64,000 bases of DNA from Patescibacteria group bacterium (GCA_041650335.1 JBAZLK010000002.1:124070-188069), one strand, 5' to 3'. Counted from the stretch's first letter, positions 39,640-49,216 are shown. Notes: a model not told the origin generated them from the letters alone. Made by a program: numbers and translations.

Positions 39640-40341
39640 CTATCGCCTGACTGGTACATATATCTTCCCCTGCGTAGCCCAGGAAGCCTCAAAGTCACTG
39701 ACCGAAATCTGTCTGTAACAGCCGTACGAGCTTCCCGGATCGTGTAGAATGACGTTTCCGTTCCAGCCAACTGCGAGAACCCAGTGTGCCGTTCCGCCGG
39801 AACTGACGATGCGGCCTTTTTTGATCATGACGCCGCAAATCACGGGATGTCCGTGCGCCACCTCGTTTATCACGTCATTGGCGCGATTGCCATAGTAGAC
39901 GGTGTAATGAAGTCCGTGGAATTCAGTCAGAAGGATGCCCAGGGCGTTTCGTCCGGAGAAGTTAGTGTACCATCCGTTGGGACTGTCGAAACGCGAATCA
40001 TCGAGGCGATCGGCTAAGAACTGATTTTCCGCGGTGATGACCCATGGTTCGACGTAGCCATTGTTAAAGTAGCCGCCCAGCATCACCCCGCAGGCCTGAC
40101 CGCAGTTCTTCGTGTTGTACTGATCGCCGGGCGGGAACTGGCGGAGCCAACGCATGTTGAGATGGAAACAGTAGCCAGGGTAGTCTGCCAGCAAACCGAC
40201 AATCGGTGCCAGTGAGTCCGGCAGCAACTGCTCTCCCGAGTGATCAACGGGTTCGGTTGATACGGCCTGCTCCTGCCCGCACCCCATAATTAACGTAAGG
40301 GGGAGAGCGAGAATAAGGCAGAAAAAACCGGAGCGTTTCAT
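39640..40341 (-). CDS. C39-like (papain-fold) peptidase lipoprotein
   Basis: Lipobox IMGC, Q...NCGQAC, GHPVI, HWVLAVG, HDPG; SD GGGAGG. Confidence 0.85.
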   Translation of the reverse strand: MKRSGFFCLILALPLTLIMGCGQEQAVSTEPVDHSGEQLLPDSLAPIVGLLADYPGYCFHLNMRWLRQFPPGDQYNTKNCGQACGVMLGGYFNNGYVEPWVITAENQFLADRLDDSRFDSPNGWYTNFSGRNALGILLTEFHGLHYTVYYGNRANDVINEVAHGHPVICGVMIKKGRIVSSGGTAHWVLAVGWNGNVILHDPGSSYGCYRQISVSDFEASWATQGKIYVPVRR

Positions 40342-40463
40342 TGGATTTACCTCCCTGTCGTACCGAACGACAGTGGTTGAGATGATGAGCAATAACACAC
40401 CCTGAAACCGAGACTCAACGCCTCCTTTTCCTCCTTTCTTAATAGAGACAGTAGCGATAGGTA

Positions 40464-40590
40464 TTGTCAAAAGAACGGGCAATCATTACGGTCTCATACC
40501 CCTTTCGGATATGCAAAACCGGCCAATGCCCGTCGCGTTGGATCTCTTGGTAAAAAAATAAACGAGCCGTGAAAGCCCGTCTTCTTTCTG
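40464..40590 (-). repeat. Conserved structured leader, copy C
   Basis: Matches copies A and B with a few substitutions, e.g. TCCGAAAGG vs TCTGAAAGG. Confidence 0.92.
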
Positions 40591-40594
40591 CCTT

Positions 40595-40637
40595 TAGTAT
40601 GCGCCATCAATAATACCTGTCAATGTAGCTTATCCAC
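40595..40637 (-). promoter_or_regulatory. Promoter with an upstream DnaA-box-like motif
   Basis: GTGGATAA-6 nt-TTGACA-16 nt-CATACT, then AGAAAGAAGACGGGC. Confidence 0.7.
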
Positions 40638-40664
40638 CGACGGCTTTATGACGCGACGGCTGAT

Positions 40665-40691
40665 AAAAAAACGGACCACATGGTCCGTTTT
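40665..40691. terminator. Intrinsic terminator
   Basis: AAAACGGACCA-loop-TGGTCCGTTTT. Confidence 0.8.
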
Positions 40692-40709
40692 ATTTATTAC
40701 TGCCTCGAC

Positions 40710-41336
40710 TTATTCGAGTTTTACGCTGTCAAAAATATCGCTCACCGTCTGACTCGCTTTGAGATAGGTAGCCGAGTCGGGATTTGGGTCAAATATTTCG
40801 GCTCGGATCTGCCAGATACCTGTTCCGGTCTGGATATAATAGGTGTGATATGAATCCGTGATCGGATTGCCCTGGAACCAAATCCATTGGCGGATGCCGA
40901 TATTCCCGTCGCGGTCATCCCGGGTACGGACTTTTTCGTTCGCTGTTTCGGATTTCGCATTGATAAAATCAGGCAATGAAAGATTTTCGGCGTTTGGCTC
41001 TTTGCTAATCGCCAGTCTGATAAGCGATTCAGTCACGTCTTGCTTCGAGAGCGGATCAGTGATGGTCGCCTGTTCAGTCGACTCAAGTTCGCCCACCGTC
41101 GTCGAGCCGTTTTCAGCCGAAATCGAAAGAAGCGTCAGATTTTTTGGGTACATGAAGGTAATTCCCTGCGCTTGGAACGTTTCGGTCAGCGGCGGCACTT
41201 CCGTATTTCTGTTTGTTTTCACAGAGCACATCGTGGTGGCGAAGCTCGGCACTGATTGCAAGCCATACATCACCGCCGCACCCCCGGTGAGCGCCGCCAG
41301 TAGAAAAATGACAAAGTACCAAAAATTTTTACGCAT
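40710..41336 (-). CDS. N-terminally anchored PsbP/DcrB-like partner protein
   Basis: TM anchor, QGITFMYPKNL, C-terminal IFDSVKLE. Confidence 0.78.
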   Translation of the reverse strand: MRKNFWYFVIFLLAALTGGAAVMYGLQSVPSFATTMCSVKTNRNTEVPPLTETFQAQGITFMYPKNLTLLSISAENGSTTVGELESTEQATITDPLSKQDVTESLIRLAISKEPNAENLSLPDFINAKSETANEKVRTRDDRDGNIGIRQWIWFQGNPITDSYHTYYIQTGTGIWQIRAEIFDPNPDSATYLKASQTVSDIFDSVKLE

Positions 41337-41528
41337 ACATAGCTATTTTAATGCCAAATGGTCAATATTCCCATATATTTGCGCTCCTGACGAACGGCAT
41401 GGGCGGCTTTTCGTGCTTGATAATAGTATACTACACTTATAATTTTTTTCATATGATATTTTCCCAGCAATAAAACGGGCACGAACTTGCGTTCGCGCCC
41501 AGAGGACGTTTGTGCGATGTTTGTTTTC

Positions 41529-44270
41529 CTAACGGACCACGATCAGCCGGCGCTCGGATTGTTCGATGCCTGACCGGACGCGGCAGAAGTAGATGCCGCT
41601 CGCTACCCGCTGACCCTGATCGTCGCGGCCGTTCCAGATAATGGCCTGGGGTCCGGACGGCAGCTCGCCAGTGAACAGCGTCTGCACCCGCCGGCCGGAT
41701 ACGTCGTAGATCTCGACAGCCACCGGTTTCGCCTGGTTAAGGGTGAAGGAGATAGTCGTCGAGGGGTTGAGGGGATTCGGCGTGGCGGATAGCGTCTTGG
41801 CCATGCTGGCCGACGCCGACTGCCGCCACTGGACGCTGATGTCCCTCAGCCAGACTGAACCAGCGTCCTGGCCGAGGTAGAAGATGAGCTTCGCGGCCGG
41901 GTCGGTGACTTCCGGCCAGAACGGCAGGACGATCGGCTGATCGGCCGAGGCCAGAGTGAGATTGACGCCTTGCCACAGCGGCTTGGCACCGTTCGAACAC
42001 TCGATCACAGCCGTGATCGCGCACGGCGGATTAGCCGCGCCGGTAAAAACGAGCTCGCACGCGCTTCCGGCCTGCGTGTAAACCCAGTCCTGCGTGAGAG
42101 AAAGCTCGTGCCACTGCCGGGCATGGTCCACGCTCACTCTGAGAGTGTGATCGTCCTGGACCACCGGCACCAGCCAGTCGAGACCGGCCGGCTTGGTGAA
42201 TTGCCAGCAGTCAAGGCCGCGGGTGAAGCTGCCGTTGCTGATGAAGCTGCCCGGATCATCCTCGCCCGTGCAGGTTGGAGGTGGCGGGGGTGGTGGAGGC
42301 GGCGGACTGTCGTCAGACACGAGCCGGATATTGCGGATCCGGAACATGCTTCCGCCGGTCTCGCCGAACGCCCAGGTCAGCTTCGCCGTTGAAGCAGTCC
42401 TGGTAACGGTGATGGGAAAACGGTGCTCTTCCCAGCCGCCCGGCGACTGGCGATAATCCTGCCACAAACCGCAGTTGACGTACTGGCCGTTCACCTGCAC
42501 GGTCAGACCGAGCATAGTGTGGACGGTCCGCACGCTCTGCTGTTCATAGCTCAGGATCAGCTTCTCGCCGGCCGTGATCCGGGGCAGGGTTTGTGACAGC
42601 TGGACGCTCCAGATGTCGGCATTCCCGTGCATGACGAATTCGGCCATGGGCGTCGCCAGATTAATGTCGCAGTGCTCGGTCGGCCAGATCGGCGTTTCCC
42701 AGCAGTCGAGACAGCTCTCGAAGCTTCCGTTTGCGATAAGGTTGTCAGGAGAACGATAGCACTCGTCTGCCCCAGCCTTGGCCATCTTGTTCTCGTCCAC
42801 GCACCGGCTCAAGTCGATCTCGGAAACGGAATGTCCGTCCGTCTCTAAACGCCAGTGCTTGCCGCTTCGATGTTCGTAGAAGTCCTGGGTAATTTTACCG
42901 TCCATCTCGAACTGATCGGTGGTCGGATACCCAAACCTGTCTACGTCGCCGTGGCTTTCGAAATACGCCAGGATATTCCTGTCGTAGACGCAGTGGGCTT
43001 CAGCCGTACAGGAGTTATGGATAGCGCCGGCCGGATCATAGAAGATGATTGCCTTGGACCCGTCCGGACGCCTGAAGTCCTGAACGTCATAGCCGTCCCA
43101 GTTGTGGACCCGAGCCGTGCCGCTTCCGCCTGGAATAGCATGACCCAGATTCTGGGAGCCGCCGTTCCGGTTGTAGCACTCGGCAAAGAGATAGCTTGAT
43201 TCTGGGTGCCAGCCATTTTCGTAGTAGCCGGGGGCGCAGTTGGGATACCAGGCGAAATGCGGCAGACCATTGGCCCAGAGCATCACACCGTCCGTGCACT
43301 CCTGGATAGCGGAGATGCCGTCAAGCCGCGTAACGGCGTTCTCTTTGTAGTTTTGCTTGTAGTAACTTCGGAGATTCGATGGTACGTTGCTCTCGTCCCG
43401 GATCGGCATCTTGGCCGGGCATCTCGGGCCGCCACGCTGCGTCCAGAAAGTCCATAGGCCTGAATGCAAGACAATCGCGGCTCTGGCTCCTCCCAGCGCA
43501 TCGTAAACGATGGCGTTATCGCCGAAGAACCCGCCGTTGAAGTGCCAGATAGCGCAATTCTTCGGCATGCCCCGAGCGTCGTAGAGATCATTCGGATCCC
43601 AGGCGTAGTACCAGGGATGGCTGGAATTAGCCCGACGGGCTGCGTCCAAATCCCACATCTGATACTCAGGGTAACCAATCATGGCCGAGCCGTAGCGACT
43701 GTAAGCCTGGTCAAACAGGGCGGTGTTGCGGGAAACAACAATACTGCCATAGATAGGATTTCCACCGTCCGAAAAGCTTGATGAGATCGACTGGCCGTTT
43801 GGGTTGTCGCCTTGTTGTCGCTGATAATGGAGATGCGCGTTGTATCTTCCATCGGCATCACCCATCAAGCCGATTACCTGGCCAGCTTTTACCTCTTCAC
43901 CAGGCTTGACGAACAACTTCTCTAGATGTCCATTCAAACCCTCATCTTCTTCCGCGCCCTTGTAGCGAATAACCGCGCAGTTACCCCAATCGTCTTGGCC
44001 AGGTCGGTAATCCTGGGCATAAACAACCACTCCATCTTCAGTTGCGACGATGGGATAACCAATGTTTCGCTCCCTATAAAGTCCATTAACACAGAAATCC
44101 CACGCGAACTCAAGCTTGCTGCCTCGAAGATGGGTTGGGGTATCAGCGTTTCCTTGCCCACAAACCAATACAGTGCCACCGATGACGGGGAGATTCTGTT
44201 CAGCTACTGACGCGGATGAATACACAAAACCAAGCACCAAAAACAACCCCAGGATCGATGCTGACTTCAT
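41529..44270 (-). CDS. Secreted multidomain M23 peptidase: LGFP-like repeats, two CBM4/9-like domains and a C-terminal FlgD-Ig (T9SS type A-like) domain
   Basis: Signal peptide; AWDF..GHL...VKPGEEVKAGQVIG..AHLHY; RFGYPTTD; NLIANGSFE and FISNGSFT; PNPLNPSTTISF..EIYDVSGRRV..WNGRDDQGQRVASGIYF. Confidence 0.88.
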   Translation of the reverse strand: MKSASILGLFLVLGFVYSSASVAEQNLPVIGGTVLVCGQGNADTPTHLRGSKLEFAWDFCVNGLYRERNIGYPIVATEDGVVVYAQDYRPGQDDWGNCAVIRYKGAEEDEGLNGHLEKLFVKPGEEVKAGQVIGLMGDADGRYNAHLHYQRQQGDNPNGQSISSSFSDGGNPIYGSIVVSRNTALFDQAYSRYGSAMIGYPEYQMWDLDAARRANSSHPWYYAWDPNDLYDARGMPKNCAIWHFNGGFFGDNAIVYDALGGARAAIVLHSGLWTFWTQRGGPRCPAKMPIRDESNVPSNLRSYYKQNYKENAVTRLDGISAIQECTDGVMLWANGLPHFAWYPNCAPGYYENGWHPESSYLFAECYNRNGGSQNLGHAIPGGSGTARVHNWDGYDVQDFRRPDGSKAIIFYDPAGAIHNSCTAEAHCVYDRNILAYFESHGDVDRFGYPTTDQFEMDGKITQDFYEHRSGKHWRLETDGHSVSEIDLSRCVDENKMAKAGADECYRSPDNLIANGSFESCLDCWETPIWPTEHCDINLATPMAEFVMHGNADIWSVQLSQTLPRITAGEKLILSYEQQSVRTVHTMLGLTVQVNGQYVNCGLWQDYRQSPGGWEEHRFPITVTRTASTAKLTWAFGETGGSMFRIRNIRLVSDDSPPPPPPPPPPTCTGEDDPGSFISNGSFTRGLDCWQFTKPAGLDWLVPVVQDDHTLRVSVDHARQWHELSLTQDWVYTQAGSACELVFTGAANPPCAITAVIECSNGAKPLWQGVNLTLASADQPIVLPFWPEVTDPAAKLIFYLGQDAGSVWLRDISVQWRQSASASMAKTLSATPNPLNPSTTISFTLNQAKPVAVEIYDVSGRRVQTLFTGELPSGPQAIIWNGRDDQGQRVASGIYFCRVRSGIEQSERRLIVVR

Positions 44271-44405
44271 GACCGGTTACCTCCTTCCGCATTGCGGATA
44301 CAAACATGTCAATGTGCTAACACCCTCTCAATTTCGAGAGGCCTTTCACTACCTGCTAACAGGCGGCGAAAGCGCTCTCGAAATGAAAATGTGTCGTTTC
44401 GCTTC

Positions 44406-45563
44406 TTACTCAGCTTTCAGGCTAAACATAATAGTATTAAACACATCGAGCATATCGTAATCAAACCAGGCCCCGAGTGAAATATTTATCAGATTTTCAT
44501 TCAGCTGGATATATGCTTCACGATGTATAGCATTTCCGGCATATTCATATTGGTATGCCTTCCCGCTTAGCGGTTGAGGAAGGTCGATTAGCTGATCATT
44601 AATACCCTTATCTCTTATCCATTTTTCCAGATCATTTGGTTTCGTTTTTTCCCATGAAATCGCAAATATGGGAGTTTCTGTCTCTCTATCAATATATTCT
44701 TTTTTTGTGATGTATAACGTATTTCCCTCCTGGTTTCTAATACCGTAATCAGAGGGATAAAGGAAAAAAAAGCCAAGCTCGCTATTCGTATACTTCTGCC
44801 AATTTGCCGTATCCAGTTTTGTACTCAGATCAAAGGCCATGTTGTTTGTAAATTCCAGACTTCGAGCGATCTGGTCGGCGGTATTGAGCAGGTTTTCATC
44901 GCCAGACAACACGACCGCTGAAAGTTCTAACACCTGTTGATTGTGTTTTATATAGTAGTTTGTTATTTTACCATCTAGCCATTCTGTATCGACTTGAACT
45001 TTCGGTGTTTTTCCGGTCGTGATTTTTTCGATTATGGCATCGTTACCGTCAATTGCCGTTTGCTCCGTTGTGACATCAAAATATATATCTCTGCGATTAA
45101 CTTTTAAATATTCGTCAAACCACCCTGTTAAACTTAAACTTGATATCTTGTAGACATGAACATCAACATTAATCTCACCCTTTTGAGGATGGTATACGTC
45201 TAGATTTTCAGAATAATTTTGAATGTATGCCGTTTGAATTCCTTGTGTTACTAATTGCACTTCTTCATCATTATCAATTTGGACAAGTTGCCACTCTTTC
45301 GGAAATTTCAATCTATAACTATATTTATCGTTTGTGTATATGTTCCAACCCGTCACCGGATCAATCGTAATGTTAACGTTGGTGTTCTGATTTGTTGTAT
45401 TTGTGTTTGCATTACCATTCACATTGCTATTGATATTCTGATTTGAATTAGTATTGATTTTTTTGTTAAATCCCCACCACACTGCGCCTCCAGCCAAGAT
45501 GATAACAATAACAATCAAGACAATGGCGATTGCAGAGACTCCTTTGTTGTTAAATTTCTTCAT
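44406..45563 (-). CDS. Anchored protein with two PsbP-like repeats and a pilin-like N-terminus
   Basis: NNKG|VSAIAIVL, Asn-rich linker, WNIYTNDKYSYRLKFPKEW and WQKYTNSELGFFFLYP. Confidence 0.82.
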   Translation of the reverse strand: MKKFNNKGVSAIAIVLIVIVIILAGGAVWWGFNKKINTNSNQNINSNVNGNANTNTTNQNTNVNITIDPVTGWNIYTNDKYSYRLKFPKEWQLVQIDNDEEVQLVTQGIQTAYIQNYSENLDVYHPQKGEINVDVHVYKISSLSLTGWFDEYLKVNRRDIYFDVTTEQTAIDGNDAIIEKITTGKTPKVQVDTEWLDGKITNYYIKHNQQVLELSAVVLSGDENLLNTADQIARSLEFTNNMAFDLSTKLDTANWQKYTNSELGFFFLYPSDYGIRNQEGNTLYITKKEYIDRETETPIFAISWEKTKPNDLEKWIRDKGINDQLIDLPQPLSGKAYQYEYAGNAIHREAYIQLNENLINISLGAWFDYDMLDVFNTIMFSLKAE

Positions 45564-45800
45564 GGTTATTCTCCCTGTCTAAAAAGTAAATAACGACATC
45601 CATTGAAGGATCCCGTCTTTCCTTTTTTCATTAATAATATTCAATTGTTTAGGTTGTTTTGTTTGCATTATTTAGTGTAAAGCAAAGGTCATCTTTTGTC
45701 AAATAAAAACATTAACTAACTAGGAAAGAAAACGCAGCCTAGTCGTTCGTGAAAAAATATATATTACGCATTTACGATCGACGCAATTCCTGCCCGATTA

Positions 45801-48572
45801 TTATTCTACCGGCAGAGTAAATATAAACGTGCTCCCCTTGCCCAAACCTTCGCTCTCGACCCAGATCTGTCCGCCGTGGGCGTCGACGATGCGCTTGGCA
45901 ATATAGAGACCGAGACCGGACCCGTCCGGCTGGACTTGGGCGATGCCCTCCCCGCGGACAAACTTCGTGAACAGCCGCTTGGCGTCATCCGGCGGGATAC
46001 CGCGGCCCGTGTCCTTCACGGAAACGCTGATATTGCCGTTGATCTTCTGAACCGAAACCGTGACGCTGCCCTGCGGTGTGTATTTTATCGCGTTATCGAC
46101 GAGATTCAAAATGACGTCTTTCAATTTATCCGAATCAACCATCAGGGCGGGCAGTTTTTTGGCCGGCTTTTTGTATTCCAGCTTGAGGCCTTTTTCCTCA
46201 GCCACCTTGATGATTTCGATCAATTCGGTCTGGATCAGTTCTTCGATTTGCGCCGGTTTCTTATCGAGTACGAATTTACCCGCCTCGATCTTCGTAATAT
46301 TGAGGAATAAATTTACCATCCGGACCATGCGCTTGCTCGCATCCAGCACTTGTTTCAAAATATTCAGTTTTTCTTCGTCAATCTTTCCGAAATCGCCGTC
46401 CACCAGCATGGACAGCCAGCCCTGGATGCCGGTCAGCGGGGTGCGCAATTGGTGCGAGGCGATGGAGATAAACTCGTTCTTCGCCTCGTCGAGCTGTTTC
46501 AAATGATCGTTCGCCTTGGCCAGCTCGGTATTCGTCAGCCGTAGCTCCTCGACCAACTTCAGATTCCTAGTGACAATACCCATCTGATCGGCCAGCGACT
46601 CCATCATCTGGATCTCGTCCTCAGATACTTCTTTCTTGGATTTTTGGATGACAAACACGATCGATCCGATGATCTCCTTTTCCGAGAAAATCGGCGCGGC
46701 CACGATCGTCTTCGCGCCCACGAGCTTTTGCATAGCATAGCAGATCGGCTTTGGAATCGGCGGGGACAGGAAATCAGATAGCGATTCGCTGATCTGGATA
46801 TTTCCCGTGCGGATTGCCTCCGTCGCCAGATCCTTATCCGCCATCGTGCCGCTGTATTGTTCGAGCTGTTTGGGCAGGAGTTTGACCGCGGCTTGAGTGA
46901 TTTTTGTCATCGTGATGGCCACCGGATGCGTTTTTTCACCTTCTCCGCGTAAAATAATAACCCCCCCGATGTACCCCAGCTCATTGGCGATGCCGTCAAC
47001 GATCGCCTGGGTAACCTTCTTGAAGTCGAGCGACCGAGTGATGATATTGCCGATACTCTGGAGAGCGTTCAAGTAGACATTCCGGTTCTTTAGCTCCACG
47101 TTGGCCATCTGAAGATCGGCCGTGGCGTGCTCGACCTCAACCTTCAGCTTTTCACTGAATGATTTTACCTCGTCATAGAGCCGCGACTTCTCGATCGCCG
47201 ACCCCATGAGCGGGCTCAAGACTTCGAGCAGTTTCAGGTCGTTTCCGCTATAGACATCGCCGGATCGCTTCTGGCCCAGCACATAGAGGCCAGTCACCTC
47301 GCCCTCGAGCATGATCGGCGCGATCACTGCCGCGCCCGTGGCTTTTACCTCAGCTAGTGATTTCTCGAGCTGTTTGCGCTCGCGTTCATCGGCCGTATCG
47401 GAGATTTTTCGCTCAAGCTCTTCGAGGACAACCACTTTTTCGGTTTTTTGAACGTATTTGGCGACCGAGCCATTCGCATCGACGCGCGTATTATTACCGT
47501 TACCGTTGTTATTTCTACGCTTGCTGTATGACTGTTTGTTTTTCGTGAGCAATAATATGTCCGCATATTTGATTTTCAGAATACTGGCGAGCTTCCACTC
47601 CACTGACGACAGCAGATCATCGAGCTCGATCTTCACACTGACCATTTCGGTCAGTATCTGGGTGGCTTCGGTATAGTCCACCTCGCCTTTGAAGAATATT
47701 GCATCGGTAATTTTTGCCAGTAAACGCTTCAACGGATCAAAACCGAAAACTATTACAAGCGAGACAAGGATAGTCGCGAGAAACCCCGACCCGCCAAGCT
47801 CTTGGATAAAAAGACCGGTCAGAAACGTAGCTGAAGTGAAAGCAAACGTAGTAAAAAGAATGAGAAAGAAATAGATAATGGAGCGAGATATAACCACCCT
47901 AATATCAAACAATCTGTGTTTGACGATTGCATAGGCGGTAATAATCGCATAAATGAAAACAAAATAATTACCAACAGGATAAATATTTAATCTAAAATCT
48001 AGTAAAAAATTTGTAGATCCACCAACAAATCCAATCAATGACGCGACAAACATGTATAATAACTGTTGTGATCTGAGACCAAGAGCTTTTTTATATTCAA
48101 TATATATATTTCTGATACTCCAAAAAACGACTGCAACAAAATATATAAGAAATGTTGGGTATATGCTTCCAGTTTTTACCGGCCAATAGCCAAAATATGT
48201 CCTGGGACTCACTTGCTCGATAAACAATTTAGAAAAAACGAGAATCGAAAATATTACCGAAATGACATACAAAAAAATAGTAATATACAAGTATTTCTTT
48301 TTTGTCCTGCCGGTTAATACAACGCTATAACGAAAAAATACGGCGGGTAATAACGCAGTACCAATATACAACAACCTTTGCCAAATCAATGCCTGATCAG
48401 AGTTATTAGCAATGACGGTACCGAATAAACCTATAGTCCATATTGAAGTTACACAACTGACAAGAAACCATATTTGATTTAATTCTTTCTTCCTATTTCC
48501 AAATAAAACAAACAGTCCTAGTGCAACAGTTAATATCGCGGTTAAAAGACAGGTATACGCAAAAGTGTTCAT
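45801..48572 (-). CDS. Sensor histidine kinase: HisKA_7TM, two GAF domains, HisKA, HATPase
   Basis: Multi-TM N-terminus ending YAIVKHRLFDI, FISIASHQLRTPLT, NLVDNAIKYT, DTGRGI, GSGLGL. Confidence 0.93.
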   Translation of the reverse strand: MNTFAYTCLLTAILTVALGLFVLFGNRKKELNQIWFLVSCVTSIWTIGLFGTVIANNSDQALIWQRLLYIGTALLPAVFFRYSVVLTGRTKKKYLYITIFLYVISVIFSILVFSKLFIEQVSPRTYFGYWPVKTGSIYPTFLIYFVAVVFWSIRNIYIEYKKALGLRSQQLLYMFVASLIGFVGGSTNFLLDFRLNIYPVGNYFVFIYAIITAYAIVKHRLFDIRVVISRSIIYFFLILFTTFAFTSATFLTGLFIQELGGSGFLATILVSLVIVFGFDPLKRLLAKITDAIFFKGEVDYTEATQILTEMVSVKIELDDLLSSVEWKLASILKIKYADILLLTKNKQSYSKRRNNNGNGNNTRVDANGSVAKYVQKTEKVVVLEELERKISDTADERERKQLEKSLAEVKATGAAVIAPIMLEGEVTGLYVLGQKRSGDVYSGNDLKLLEVLSPLMGSAIEKSRLYDEVKSFSEKLKVEVEHATADLQMANVELKNRNVYLNALQSIGNIITRSLDFKKVTQAIVDGIANELGYIGGVIILRGEGEKTHPVAITMTKITQAAVKLLPKQLEQYSGTMADKDLATEAIRTGNIQISESLSDFLSPPIPKPICYAMQKLVGAKTIVAAPIFSEKEIIGSIVFVIQKSKKEVSEDEIQMMESLADQMGIVTRNLKLVEELRLTNTELAKANDHLKQLDEAKNEFISIASHQLRTPLTGIQGWLSMLVDGDFGKIDEEKLNILKQVLDASKRMVRMVNLFLNITKIEAGKFVLDKKPAQIEELIQTELIEIIKVAEEKGLKLEYKKPAKKLPALMVDSDKLKDVILNLVDNAIKYTPQGSVTVSVQKINGNISVSVKDTGRGIPPDDAKRLFTKFVRGEGIAQVQPDGSGLGLYIAKRIVDAHGGQIWVESEGLGKGSTFIFTLPVE

Positions 48573-49216
48573 TGTATTGTATTCTGTTTTTCCACTAAAT
48601 TGACAATCTTTTTGGCTATTTGTCGTTTTCCTTTAATAAAAATGATATTATTGGCATGGTCTAATATAAATGCCTCGTGAACCCCTCTAACTCTTTTATA
48701 TTCGTTTGCCACCATGAAATCGGCGCGTGACTCCGCCATACTTTTGGACGCGATCTGAATTAATTGTTTTGATGTTTTGTTTACTTCCAACTTGAACTTA
48801 ACAAGAATGGTACTGGGGGTAATTTTTTTAATATAATTTACTATTTTTTTTGTTGGCTTCAGTTTCAAAAATATCGTTTTCTTGCCACTTTTTATTTTCC
48901 CACTATATTTTTTTGATAACTGATAATCGGATATTGCGGCGGAATGAAATATTGCGTCGTATTTATTTTCTTTAATTTCTTTAATGAATATCCGAAACAA
49001 TTCATCATAATAGTGAAATTTTATTAATCTAACTTTAATAGATCTAAGTTTATGATCACAAACTCTTCCTGGTCCTAACATCAGTGTAACCTTGTGTCCT
49101 CTTCTGCTAGCGATTTTTGCTATTTCAAAACCAAGATTACCTGCAAAAACATTCGTAATTACTCTTACTTTATCGATGGGAACCCAAACTGGACCGGCGG
49201 TCACTAATACTCTCAT
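48569..49216 (-). CDS. CoaB-like phosphopantothenate-cysteine ligase domain protein
   Basis: VLVTAGP..PIDKVRVITN...G.LG, HSAAISDY, KIKS, VKFKLE, DFMVAN. Confidence 0.85.
   Translation of the reverse strand: MRVLVTAGPVWVPIDKVRVITNVFAGNLGFEIAKIASRRGHKVTLMLGPGRVCDHKLRSIKVRLIKFHYYDELFRIFIKEIKENKYDAIFHSAAISDYQLSKKYSGKIKSGKKTIFLKLKPTKKIVNYIKKITPSTILVKFKLEVNKTSKQLIQIASKSMAESRADFMVANEYKRVRGVHEAFILDHANNIIFIKGKRQIAKKIVNLVEKQNTIQ

Noticed and set aside
37122-40590. Repeats as a CRISPR array or integron attC sites
   Set aside because: Copies are ~115 nt and 1.5-1.8 kb apart, lie 5' of genes behind promoters, show no clear RYYYAAC/GTTRRRY ends, and no cas or intI gene is in the window.
45370-45460. AAT/AAC-rich repeats as a diversity-generating retroelement target
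   Set aside because: They encode an Asn/Thr linker; no template repeat or reverse transcriptase is visible.
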